Assembly (NCBI GenBank): GCA_051294375.1
Contig: CM119266.1
Span: 11,093,212-11,157,211 of the forward strand
Length of the DNA: 64,000 bases
Source: Paraspadella gotoi
Lineage: Eukaryota; Animalia; Chaetognatha
Direction of reading: 5' to 3'
A program made the translations under genes and the position numbers. The notes beneath the pieces were generated by a model. It did not search any database and had not been told where the DNA came from. It saw only the letters and a program-made list of their open reading frames with translations. Of this stretch, positions 13,053 through 26,677 are shown piece by piece (position 1 is the first letter of the stretch; each line of letters opens with the position of its first letter).

Positions 13053-13311
13053 TCTTTCGGTGACCCTCAGGATTTTCGGCCTTCGGAGCGAAAATAAAGA
13101 TGAAAATAAGAAGGAAAAAAAAATATGAAAGAGAGAGAGAGAGCGAGAGGAGGAGAGACAATGTTGGGGAAGACCGAGTGAGGAAAGGAAAAATAGAAGA
13201 TTGAAAATTATCAAAACATGAGAGCCGTGGGTTTTTTTTTCGAGGCAAAGACAAACAACGGAAAGACTAAGGGGCAGAGANNNNNNNNNNTCTTCTCTCT
13301 TCCTTCGGGAT

Positions 13312-13343
13312 CAAGCTTTCACCAAGCTTTCACCAAGCTTTCA
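13312..13343. repeat. 11-bp tandem repeat (CAAGCTTTCAC)x3
   Basis: Units start at 13312, 13323 and 13334. Confidence 0.9.
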
Positions 13344-14080
13344 GTAGCGAGCCTCGTCGCGCACGCCGGGGAGGGGGATGGCGTTTCTCTTTCACCCAAG
13401 CCCCCCCCTCCACAAGAGTCACGTGATCGGCTCTTCTCATTCTCTGTTTATTGGCGAAACGACTTAACTTCTCGAGCGAAATTAAGTCGAAGGTCTTAGT
13501 TGACGAGGAACGCGAAACAAAGGAACAGTTCGTCGATGGAAAAGAAAAAAAAAGAAACATCAGCGCCTCGCAGCGTCGGGGATCCGAACGACAAAAGTAG
13601 GAAAGATGGAAAAATATGTAAGAGGATTATTTTCTTTTGCGTTTTGGATTTCGTTCGAGCTTTTGTTATTGATTTTATGCTTTTGTTTTGCCTTATGTGT
13701 TTTTTTTTTCAAGACGCCGCATGGTGGCGTTGATTGGGCAGTAGGCGGCTCAAATTAACTTTCTAGAGTTGACGGGGATTAACTATAAAAGAGCTAATTC
13801 AAGTTGGGACATTAATCTTTAACACAAAATTAAAAATTTCGTTAATATCGGCCGCACAGTTTTTTTCCCTGGTCTGATGTGATTGACTCATCAAGAGAGA
13901 AGAATCATTTTTTTCTTGGAGTCCAAAACCTGGCAAAGAAACGATAACAGTCTCACGTTTGAAAGACTGAGCCAGAGGGGAGAGAGAGTGAAAGGAGAGA
14001 GAGAAAGAGAGAAAACTTTTTTTACAAAACTTTCTCCTTCAAAATATCATTATCACTCCGTTAAACATATATTTTTTGCG

Positions 14081-14219
<139 letters not shown>

Positions 14220-14857
14220 TAAGTGAACTTAAAGGAAGAGGAAGAGATGAATCGGTTGAATTTGTGAAACTTTTGTGAGTGAAACGACTTTTGGCAGAAA
14301 AGAAAATATACAGAGCAAGAGTTAGGGAGAGGGATAGAGACAGAGAGGGAGAGAATAAGATAGAGAGAGAGAGAGAACTTAGTAGCTTCGACCGACGACG
14401 ACGATGTGATTGAAGGGTAAATATTATGAAAGAATCGAAGACTCAAAAGAAGAAAAAGTAAAAATATATAAAAAGGTAAAATTGTTGGATCGAGAAATGA
14501 TGACTTCGGTTCGGGCAGACACAACTTTTGAGAAAACATTTTGATTCAAACTGCGTCATGTTTGAAGTTCGATTGTCAAAACTTTCCCGCCGTTTGAGAT
14601 AATTTGTGTTTGTTTTTTTTTTTTTTGAGAAAGAGAAAAGAGAAATTAAAATGAAGAATTAAAATCCTCGTCAGATTTTCTTGAATTCGATCCCTCCCGT
14701 TTTTGTTTTTTTAAATTTAAAACCTGATTCTCGCGAACGATGCATTTTTAAAAAAGGTGGGGCAGGATGAGATACGAAACTAAAACGAGCCTCGTTTCAA
14801 GGACCCAAAACACACAAAAATCTCTCTTAATTTTAAAACTAAAAAAAGATTTGGGCG

Positions 14858-14983
<126 letters not shown>

Positions 14984-17029
14984 AAAAGAAATGACAAAAC
15001 AAAAAGAACTTACGACCCTACGGACGGACCCAAAGCCGTTAAACGCCATTTCGCGACGTCTCAAGTCGTACATTTCAGAGGCGACGCTCCCGTCGGCGGG
15101 TAAAANNNNNNNNNNNNNNNNNNNNNNNNNNNNNNNNNNNNNNNNNNNNNNNNNNNNNNNNNNNNNNNNNNNNNNNNNNNNNNNNNNNNNNNNNNNNNNN
15201 NNNNNNNNNNNNNNNNNNNNNNNNNNNNNNNNNNNNNNNNNNNNNNNNNNNNNNNNNNNNNNNNNNNNNNNNNNNNNNNNNNNNNNNNNNNNNNNNNNNN
15301 NNNNNNNNNNNNNNNNNNNNNNNNNNNNNNNNNNNNNNNNNNNNNNNNNNNNNNNNNNNNNNNNNNNNNNNNNNNGTTGGGGGTGGACGCTTGGGCGAGA
15401 AGCTCTAGAATGAGAAGGGCTCGATGTGCACATGTGCTCGATTTGGAAGACTTAAGAGGCAAAAGGTTTATTTGAGAGATTCTTGGAGAGTTTATGTTAT
15501 GTCTTCATTTTGAAGAGATTCTCTCAGGGTTTGTGAGGGGAAATTAGCTTTACCTTTGTCAATTTCAAACAGTAGGTTACGTATCCTGTAGTTCCAAACA
15601 AGGTCTTTGGCCTTTGACCAGTTTTTTTTGTCAGTTTTGATTTTTGACCTCTTTCTCTCTCTCCCTCTCTATTTAAGAGTTCTTCTTTGTTCCTTTTTTT
15701 AGTTCAATTAAGTCGAAATATTTGCCAAAAAAAGGTTTCTGTTATGCACTTAATGAAAATATACTCGTATATGACAATTCTTCTGGTGAATGCCATGCCT
15801 TTAAAAGGATTCCTAACATATTTTAACGATTTCAGGAATGATGTTAAGCTTTTTAAAGTTACAAAAAACCTTTCCAGTCAACATGACATTGTACAATGTA
15901 CAACGACAAGAACAAAAAAAAAAAAGCTGAAAGAAGCAAAGTACATCCCTTCAACTCCACTCTTCAAATTCACTCTATCTCCCTTCACTCCCTTCCTCCC
16001 CTGCGACGCCCATTACTTTGAAAAGGTAAGAGACAAAGGTCTCCAAAGAGAAAAAAGACTCTCGACAAGAAATCTGAAATTCTAAAATCGAAATGAAGAA
16101 TTCAAACGCGGAGAGATGGAGGGGGGGAGGAGAGGGGGAGAGAGAGGGGGTGGAACGAAGACGGGAGAGGGGGGTGGTAGAAAAGGGGCGAGGGGGAGGA
16201 TTAGTTGAATGAGGAAAGCTTGAAATAAAAAAAAAAAAAAAGAGCGAAAGGGCGATAGAGTTTCTTCGAATTCTCGAGCTGGTTTTAAGATTTTCTTTTT
16301 TTTTATTCAGCCGTCGTCGTCGTTTTCGTCATCGTCGTCGTCGTCGTCGTCGTTCGAAGTTGGCGTTTATAGGCTTCTTAGTCATCGTTATCGACTGTTT
16401 CAAAACTCTTGGGAAACAGGATTTCGAAAATTTACATTTTCGGAAATGTTTTTTTTGATTCACTCTAAAAAAGAGAAACAAAAAAAAAAAGAATAATGAT
16501 TAATAAAATAAAATAAAAAAGAAAAAGAAAATAAATTTTCTTGGCTCTATTTACGGTCCCATGTGAAATAAATATATTGCTTGAACAATTTTTTACACGG
16601 TTAAATCTTTTATCAAGCAAACTGAAAGAGCATTAGTAAAAAACTTTAAGAAAAAAAGAAAAAAGACATCAGCGAATGAAAGAAAAAATGTGACCCTGAG
16701 TCAGATGAAAGTTAAGCCAGTTTATTGAAATTTATTGGCAGTTTTCTCAATGCCCCGCCCTCTGGTGAGTCAGTTGGCTGTACTCGAAAATAACAACGGA
16801 CAAGTCTGAACCTGATAGGACAATGGAGAATATTTATGTAAAAAATTTTATTGTAAAGATAATTATTGGGTACAAAGTATTAGGAAAAGGTGTTGCAAGA
16901 GGAAGAGGCAGACAAGGAGAGTAAAAGAGGTCAGATAGAGAGAGGGAGATAAAAGAAGAGGACAAAGCCATAGAAAGAAAGAGGGTCAAACTGGCGACAG
17001 AAGAGAGAAAGACAGCAAAAGGCTTTGAT

Positions 17030-17136
<107 letters not shown>

Positions 17137-17905
17137 TTGGCGAGGTCGCGCGGGGCGACGTGAAAAGGTCGCCCGGAGAAAGAGAATGTCAAAAATGAAA
17201 AGTCGATTGTAATCAATTGCGCCGACAGATGGGGGGAGGGTTGAGGGGGGGAGAGGTGGAGAAAGTGAGAGTGAGAGTGAGTCAAAGTTAGAAACTCGAA
17301 AAAGAGTGGGTAGGTTTTGGCTGAGGGAGCAGGGGTAGGAAGAGATGGAGAGGTCGGCTTGTCCTGTCTCAGAGATGCATAAAGAAAACTCGCGCTTCGA
17401 GCGGTGAAAACTGAATTTAATGCGGAAAAGGAGGCGGGAGGAGAGAAGAAAGAGGTTGAAATAGAGAGGAAGAGGAAAGAGAGAGGAAAGAAAAAAGAGA
17501 AAGAAAAGGATAAGAAACGTAAGCGGCTCAGAAAACACGGACAATACGTAGTAGAAAACATCCACTCGACGAACGGACAGAGGGATAAAGGGAGGAAGAG
17601 CGAGCATAATGAAAGTATTAAGGATAAAGCGGAGAGAGGGACCTCGAGGGAACGGACAAAGGGATAAAAGCAGAGGGCTGGGGATCCCCGGGGATCGATG
17701 GACGGGGAAGGCGAGGATCGTCCGGGGAAAAACCTCTTTTAAAGACGAAAGGGAGACGCGCCTTTGATCGCTGATCTCGAAGAGGGAGGGAGAGATGGAG
17801 AAAGAGGGGGAGGCGAAGAGGGAGCTGGAGAATTGGATGGAGGGTATAGGACTGGTGAGAAAGAATAGACGCAAAAAAATGAAAGAAAGGAAAGAAGGAA
17901 AGAAA

Positions 17906-17947
<42 letters not shown>

Positions 17948-18066
17948 AGGAGAGAGAGAGAGAGAGGATTAATGGATAGACGGAAAGAAAAAAGAAAGCG
18001 AGAGAAGGATAAGGGAAGACGGAGATGAACGGAAGAAAAAAGGAGTTCGATAAAAGGAGGTTTTGA

Positions 18067-18132
18067 GGAAAGGAAAGAAAGGAAAGAAAGGAAAGATAGG
18101 AAAGAAAGGAAAGAAAGGAAAGAAAGGAAAGG
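18067..18132. repeat. 9-bp tandem repeat (GGAAAGAAA)n
   Basis: About 7 units, one with the variant GGAAAGATA. Confidence 0.85.
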
Positions 18133-19407
18133 AGTTTTAAAGGGAGGAAAGAAGATAAGAAATACGGACTATAGTAAAAAAAATGAAATAGAAACAATGA
18201 GATATAATGGGAATTTGATGATACTATTAGAAATAGGAGAGAAAAAAACAGATCACTCAGTAATTAAGGAAACATGCCTAAAACTCTAAAGTTATGTAAA
18301 ATAGGAAGGGGAGAAAAAAAAATAAATTAAAATCTTTTCAAACGAAGAAAAAAAAATGGTTAAAAAGTTGTTACTGAAAATGAGAAAAGAGAAAAAGCGT
18401 GACGGGAGTAAAGGAGGAAAAAAAAAGGAAATGATATGAGAAAAGGGCGCGAGGGTTTGGGTCGATGAAGCCGCCCCAAAAATGCGGAGGGTCGACCGTG
18501 TAATCTGGAAAAGAGCTTGACAGGCGGCGCGGATTGTAGAAGGGGGAAGTTGAAGGGGTTGGAGATCAAGGGGGTCAGAAAGGGAAAGAAAGGAGGAAGG
18601 GGAAGTTGAACAGGAAAAGGAAAAAAGAAAAGGGGAAGGGTCGAGGAATGAAAGGGTCAAGTTGAAAGGAAAGAGAAAAAAAAAAGGGTTAAACCTCTTG
18701 ATGTCCTTGAAGGATAAAAAAAAATAGGGAGAATGATGCAGAGAATGCGTCGGAGTTGAGAAGAAGTTGGAAGGAAGAAGTTAGAATAGTTGAACTGAAA
18801 TTTGAACCATAAAAATCAGAAAGCAAAGTATTGTTATTTTAAAACCATTAAAGTCAATAAAAAGAGTTCGATTTTGGACCGCTGAATAACGAGTTGCCCA
18901 AAAACCAAAACAAGATCACACCCTGTTCGCAAAAACAAAATCTTAATAATCTTTTTTAAAACAATCAAATTTGGAAGCGAAAATAAAAGACGGGGTCCCT
19001 AGAAAATAAACTACAAAGCAAGTCTCTCTCTCTCTTCCTCTCTCTCTCTTCTCGATCTCTCTCTCTCTTCTTTTGCTTCTCTTCCCCCTTCTTCCTTCTC
19101 TCCCTCAATCTCGTCCTCCGCCTCTACCTCTCCTCTCTCTCGTCCCTCTCTTGGCATCCTCCTCTGTCCCCTCTCTCCTCTCCGTCTCTCTCTCTTCTCC
19201 GCCTCTGCTCTCTCTCTCGCGTGCGCAAGTGGCAAACGAGGTAATCTAAAAAGGGAATCACGTAATCGAGAAAATCAATAAATACCGTAATCAAATCTCT
19301 TTCTCCGCCCTTTTTTCATGCCTTCTCTCTCGATACGTGACGAGTATTTTTATGGTGAGGATAAGTAAAAAAATAGAGACAGGGGGGGGGAATTCCAGAG
19401 TTAGAGA

Positions 19408-19446
<39 letters not shown>

Positions 19447-22400
19447 GAAGTGGGGACTTATTTGCGCGTGTTATGATGTCGGAGAGGTTTAATTTTTCAT
19501 CCGCCGGAACACGACGTTATCGTGGCGCCGGCCAGAAGAATAAATAAGTTGAGGGCTGGGGGGCGGTGACTTTGTCTTTTGTTTGAGTTTAAAAATTTGG
19601 AGAGGGCGTTTTCGGCGACATCGCCTCCATTACTTTATTTCTTAGACTAAATACAGTTTTTATTCAGTTTGTTTACATTGAGCCGTTCCGTCCGCTCGGT
19701 TCTCACCGCCGACTCGAGAGAAAATAATTACTCTCCGAAGTTAATTATTACTTTGATATAAATCAAGAATACTCATTACGTGGTTGATTATTCTCGAGAT
19801 AAAAACTATCTTATCTGTCAAGATTATTTTTTCCTGACGACGAGCAAAGCCGAGAGAAAACTATTTTTATCTCTCCTTTCTCTCTTTCTCTTCTCTCCAC
19901 GAAGTAAATAAGATTTATGGATTTTCAATGACATTAATTAAAAAAAGCTTTTAACACAATTACATGTTTTTTTTAAACGTGTTATATTCTGTTGATTTAA
20001 TAATAACATATAGAGAATTGGCCGATTTCAATTGGCGGAGATTTAAAAGGTTTGACGAGCTCGAAAAAAAAAAGAGAAAGAGAGAGAGAGGGAGAGACTG
20101 AGACAGAGACAAAAAATAAGGAGAAAAGTTGGTTTGGGCTCGAACCTCGAAAATCCGCTTACCGACGTTTCGCCTCCTAATCTTATAACGACAGATCTCG
20201 GCAACGCCCTTTGATGGCGGTGACGTGGAGAATGGGGGCCGGGGTGGCGTGAGGGGGTGATAGAGTGGAGAGGGAGTGGCGTAGGGACATTGAAATAAAA
20301 ATAAGGGTTATGGCGCAAATCTTCGATGGCGCAGAGAAGATGTGACGGAAAGAGATGAAGACAGTTGCAAATTTAACTACAGCAGAGAGTGCTAAATAAC
20401 NNNNNNNNNNNNNNNNNNNNNNNNNNNNNNNNNNNNNNNNNNNNNNNNNNNNNNNNNNNNNNNNNNNNNNNNNNNNNNNNNNNNNNNNNNNNNNNNNNNN
20501 NNNNNNNNNNNNNNNNNNNNNNNNNNNNNNNNNNNNNNNNNNNNNNNNNNNNNNNNNNNNNNNNNNNNNNNNNNNNNGAGAGAGAGAGAGAGAGAGAGAA
20601 AGTCGAAATGGAAAGTGAAAATCTTTGGCGCGTGAAATCGAAGTCGACGCGAAATTTGAGAAAAGATTTCAAACTGGAACAATTGGAAATTTTCGACGCG
20701 ACTCGAGTTGTGAAACTTTGAATGGAGATTAAAGGCGACGGAGGGAAGCAGTCACGTGATCCCTTGATATATAAGTTTGGAAAGTGGAAAATTAAGTAAG
20801 TCTATGAGGATATATTTGTATTATTCTCAATAGGATTCTACATCTAAATAAAATTCAAGCCAATTTTTGGACTTCTTACAATGTAAAGATTAATAAAATT
20901 AATTTTTCAAGTCCTGATAATACAATTTTCAATGTATGTAAAGCATAAAGTATTATTGAGCGATTTCGTTTTTAATGGAGGAGAAATCAAGGAGGAAATC
21001 GAAGGAGAAAAAAAGGACAAAAGGACAAAAATCCGATGGCTGAGTTCGATTAATCGGATGATAAACGGATCAGACTGAAGAGACAAAAGAGATGNNNNNN
21101 NNNNNNNNNNNNNNNNNNNNNNNNNNNNNNNNNNNNNNNNNNNNNNNNNNNNNNNNNNNNNNNNNNNNNNNNNNNNNNNNNNNNNNNNNNNNNNNNNNNN
21201 NNNNNNNNNNNNNNNNNNNNNNNNNNNNNNNNNNNNNNNNNNNNNNNNNNNNNNNNNNNNNNNNNNNNNNNNNNNNNNNNNNNNNNNNNNNNNNNNNNNN
21301 NNNNNNNNNNNNNNNNNNNNNNNNNNNNNNNNNNNNNNNNNNNNNNNNNNNNNNNNNNNNNNNNNNNNNNNNNNNNNNNNNNNNNNNNNNNNNNNNNNNN
21401 NNGGGGCGAAGCGAAAAAGTTGGCCGGAGAAATGATGAATGGAAGATTGGCGAGAATCGGCGCCGGTGCAGTGTCGGCAGTCGGCGTCGGCAGTCGGCGT
21501 CGGCGAGGATTGGACGGCCGTGATACATTCAGGGCGACAGACGAGAGGAAGATTGATACGAGACGGAAAACTGTCGCGGATTCTTTTTGCGTCATCATTC
21601 ATGCCACGATCGGCGCCACAATCGCCGCCACGCCCACGGCACCACATCTCTTCAACGCCAACGAAGACTGCGTCTTTGTTTACCCGAGACGCCAACAAAC
21701 GTTTAACACAATATTGGAATTGTATGTTTTCTAATGTTGTTGCGGAATTTTTTTCTCGTTTTTTAATTTATAATTCTCCAATCTCCTTGGCCAATGTCCA
21801 ATGTCCTTGCTTCACGCATCACAAATCACATGTGAAACTGAGCTACCTATCTCACATCGTAATCTCGATACACCAGGTGAACATTCTTTCACTGTTTTCT
21901 CTCTGCTTTTCACACGAATCTCATCGCTTCATCTCCTGTCATCACAACCGACCATTCGTATCGAATATTTTAGGGGGTAACGCTCTCTCTCTCTCTCTCT
22001 CTNNNNNNNNNNNNNNNNNNNNNNNNNNNNNNNNNNNNNNNNNNNNNNNNNNNNNNNNNNNNNNNNNNNNNNNNNNNNNNNNNNNNNTCTCTCTCTCTTC
22101 TTTCTTGTTTTGGTTTCCATCGGGTTGGCCTCTTGTCTCACCCGAGTTTGATATCGACTCTGTCTCTCGCGAGCTGCGAGTTTCTTGTCTTCGAAAGGGT
22201 TGAGGCTCCGATGTTTACGGCTTCGATTCGACACCACGATTTGTTTCGGCCCATTTCTTCTTATCCTTAGCCCCTTCAACAACCCTTTTCTCTTTCCCGC
22301 TCTTCAACACCCCTCTCGCTCGAGCGTACAGCGAACCCGAACCGAGTCAAGAGAAACGGATGTTAACGACGCTACGGAGTGACAGCGCAAATTGGGGCGT

Positions 22401-22869
22401 GTTTAGGGGGGCAATGTTCGTTCTGCATTTTATACTGCACGAACAAGATTCGAGTGTCTAGAAGTACATAAAGAACTAAAGTGACGCATGACCTTCCGTT
22501 TTAACAATTTTGTACGATTCGTCTCTCATCAGATAACCGAGTCGCTTAGTTTTCGCTGCGTCTGACATTTTTCTCCAGTTGAGATTTCGATTCAGTCTTA
22601 AATCGCGGACTCGACATTTTAAATATTTTAAAACTTTTTCCTGTTAGGATTTTTAAATAGTTTTAATGAGGGTATTGGGAAATTCAAAAAACGGAAAAAA
22701 TTCTCGTAAACTCGAATCCCAGTTTAATTAACTCAAAATCTCAGACGACTTATTTTTTTTTCTCCTCCCCCTCACGAAGGAAGGTGAACCGTTTCACTCC
22801 CTATCGCTTCCTCCGTTCATGATACNNNNNNNNNNNNNNNNNNNNNNNNNNNNNNNNNNNNNNNATACT

Positions 22870-22908
<39 letters not shown>

Positions 22909-23477
22909 TCTCTCTCTCTCTTCTCTCTCTCTTCTCTCTCTCTCTCTCTCTCTCCTCTCTCTCGTTTTTTAATTTCGTTCGCGAACGAAGCCTCGATACG
23001 ATCGGGGATCGAATCGCTCACGCCCTGCGGTGAGAAACAGAGAAACGATTAAAACACAACAGTTTCTCTTTCTCCTTTCACACCCTCGGTTTTTTTTCCG
23101 TGAAAGTGAAACGCGAGAAGAAAGAAAGACAGAGAGGGGGGGAGAGAGGAAGAGACAGAGACAGAGAGGGTGGAGAAATTTAAGTTAAACTTGATAATTT
23201 TTTTTTAAAAATAGCTTTTTTTTAATTTTTCGTGGTAGGTTTTATTTTTTCCTTGCATACGATGTGGAGAAAAATTCTTAATAACATAATATATAATATA
23301 ATATAAATATTATACATTATTCACCCAAACTTTTTTTGAGCCTATTTTACTGAACCCAAATCACTAGAACCGAGCATAAGAATTCACATCTTTCTTACTT
23401 CCTCGATCTCTTAACTCCTATCTGAACGTACCTACCTGGCGCTCTCTTCTCTTTCTCTCTCTCTATCTCTCTTCTCT

Positions 23478-23513
<36 letters not shown>

Positions 23514-23732
23514 CTCTCTTCTCCTCCCTCTTCGCTCTCACCCTTCCTATCCCCGGCCTCCGTAGCGAAGCGGAGACGTATAAGTTCCAACTTCTTCCTT
23601 CTATTGATTTTTCAGTCATCGCCCCATGTACAACGGCGGGCTGTTGTGTTCGAGAATTATTAAAACACCTACATCTCTCTCTCTCTCTCTCTTCTCTCTC
23701 TCCTCTCTCTATCCTCTCTCTCTCTCTTCTCT

Positions 23733-23764
<32 letters not shown>

Positions 23765-24471
23765 TCGGATCGGACATCTTCCTTTTTCAATTCTTTGAAA
23801 CAACCGAAGGGACAGTGAGGGTTCTTATGTGCAACATGTGAATTATATGGAAAGGATATTGGGATTGTCGTCGCGTTGACAGGAGAAGGGGAAAGGGGGA
23901 AAAAAAAGGAGAAAGGAGAGGAAGGAAAGGAAAAAGGGATAAAGGAAAAAAAAAGGAAATAGGACGGGGATGATTGATGTGCGCTGTAGTGAGAGAAGAC
24001 GAGATTAGGTGAAAAAAAAGAAATAATAAAAAAAAGGAAAAGAAACTTCGTCAAAAAGACGAAGAAAAAGAAAAAAGAAGAAACTGGAATTTGGCGAAGA
24101 CTTTGGAACGAATTTCCGGGATAAACAGTTTACAGACTCACATTAATTCTAACTATTCATAGAGCTCGCAATTAGATTTTCTGGTTATTAGGACCTAATA
24201 ATAGTAAATAACCGGGTTTTCTTCAAATTGGTTCTGTGAATATCGAAAATTTTGTTAAAAAGTATTTATAGAGAATTTTTTTTCACAGTCATTGTGACAG
24301 TCACAGTCTCCTTCACATTTTACAAACTGATCGTCCACGCCCGCCAGCGCCCCAACCCCCCCCACTCATAATCAAAGCGCCAAACGTTCGTCTGATTTCC
24401 CGACGAACGAAAAGGAGATGAATCCGACGCTGCGATCGATCATCGACGGACAATTGCAATATGCAAATGTA

Positions 24472-24518
<47 letters not shown>

Positions 24519-26638
24519 CCGTTGGTTTTCCCTCCCTTCTTCTACGACGGGGCGAACTACGAACGCTCGGGAATGAGGGTAAATCTGGGGGAAATGATTG
24601 ATGAAGGAAAAGCCCCGAGTCGGGGGCCGATTCATCAAGGAGGCGCGCCGGCAACCGCGCCGGGTAGGCCGACGCCGACGCCGGCGCCGTGGACCGGCGC
24701 TGTTGCCCTCGGAAACCGCGCGCGTTGGAAGTCGAGTTAACGAGTTTCGCCTTTCCCTCAAAACCGTGTCGAGGCCCGCCAAAGGAACCCGCCTGCCGAA
24801 TCAGCCAGGCGAATAAGCCTGCCGGGTTTAATCGCTTAAATCGCCTGAACGGAATGTATACGCCTGTCGCATTCGCGTCCCCGATTTCTTCAAAGGGAAC
24901 AAGATTTGGATCACATCGAGAAATTCGATACAAGTTCTTAGAAGCTGGAATAAAAAATACACAGTGATTGAATTAAGCTAGACAACAGGAATTGATTTTG
25001 TAAAAATGTTTTCATTTTTTAGACAAGAAAAAGAAACAGTTGGTCTCATATTGCAATTGTCTTTCATTCGTTTGGGATAAGGAATAAAGACGAATAAGAT
25101 GAGCCAAAAATTTGAAAAGAATATTTAAATTTGAGAAAAGAACTAGTAAAAGTTTAACCAAAAACTCGGGTTATACAGCTGATTTTCATTGCTGATTCAG
25201 TTTTTCTATGATTTTCAATAAATCGAATTGCAAGGCGTTTTTAAATCAAACGTGATTCTGCAAGAAAAATAAACTCAATTTTCAAATAAATTTTAAAAAA
25301 ATCTTAAAAGTTTCAAGATGAGGAAAAGAAAGGAAAAAAAATGAAGGCAGAGAAGGTTATGAAAGAATCGAAGCGTGAGGTTGAGGCAAAAAAAAAAATG
25401 TGAGACGAGAGAAGATCTGGGGAGAAGACAGAGAGTGAGACGGTGAAAGGTGTTTCGCGCCAAAGGTGTGACAATCTCAGTGACGTTTTCTGGCGACGTC
25501 GCGGCGTCCTCTGCCAAGTGACCCTCGACGCGACCCAAGGTCGAACAAAACCAGCGAACTTGGAATCCAGAGCCAAATGGGAAAAAAAAATCTCGAATGG
25601 AACGAGGGAGAATGAGAGGGGAGAGGGAGAGAGATGGAGAGCGAGATGAGAAAAAAGGGTTAAAGGAAGGGGAGAGATGAAATGAGGACAGAGAAAAGAG
25701 TCAGTCAAAATTTGGTCGAGGGCAAAGAAACGAATGACCCGTGACTGTGAGATGAGATGAGGTCAAACTGAAGGGGGGAAAAAACTTGGATATAATTTTG
25801 ACCGAAGAGAGAGACTATTTTTTTTTCAATCTTCATATTTTTTTAAGTTTAAAAGTGTTTAAAATCGATTTTGTATTATTCGTTTAATTATTCGACTTTT
25901 TAAGGAATAATTTTCAAAATAAATTTTCGAAGGAAACTAATATGTGGAAGAGATTTACCTGGAAATTATGCACGCACTTTCAAAAAAAAAAATATTCGAA
26001 GGGCATCCGAAAAAAACTCGTTACAGGGCAAAGTATATGAAAAAATCTTTCTGCCTTCGCATTCGTTTTCCTATCTCATTTAAATGTTAGGGGAAATTTC
26101 TTTTTTTTAATCGAGTTATGAATAATTCAACGGAGGACGGTCGTGAGACGTTTTTTTACCCCGTAAATTTAAGTATTTACTGACATTAAACGTCATGAAA
26201 TGTCATAAAAAGTCATGAAACTTTCATTCGAGGCTAAGATTTTTTTTTTTTAAATGATTTTTTTTTCAGGCTCGAAAAGATTTGTAGTAAAATAAGAAAG
26301 AAAGAATTTCTCGCGGCAAATCCCTTAACATATATATTTAAGAATCAAAGGACACTTAAATAACACTTAAATTAGCTAATGTCTTATCACTGATGACTTA
26401 TCACGAGTCGATTATCGCCTGTTACACCCGCAAAAGGCACTTTAAAAAATTATAAATTTCGAAATAAAAAATAATTGACGCTTCACAAATTGCATCTCTC
26501 ACCTCTCGCATCTCAAATGTGACGAGGCGAGTCACAAATCGGGCATCACAAATCTCAAAGCCTCACATCGCGCATTTCGAATCACAGCAGCTCGTCGACC
26601 TCGTTACGTCGCTTGTATAATCATCCTTAATCGCTTTA

Positions 26639-26677
<39 letters not shown>

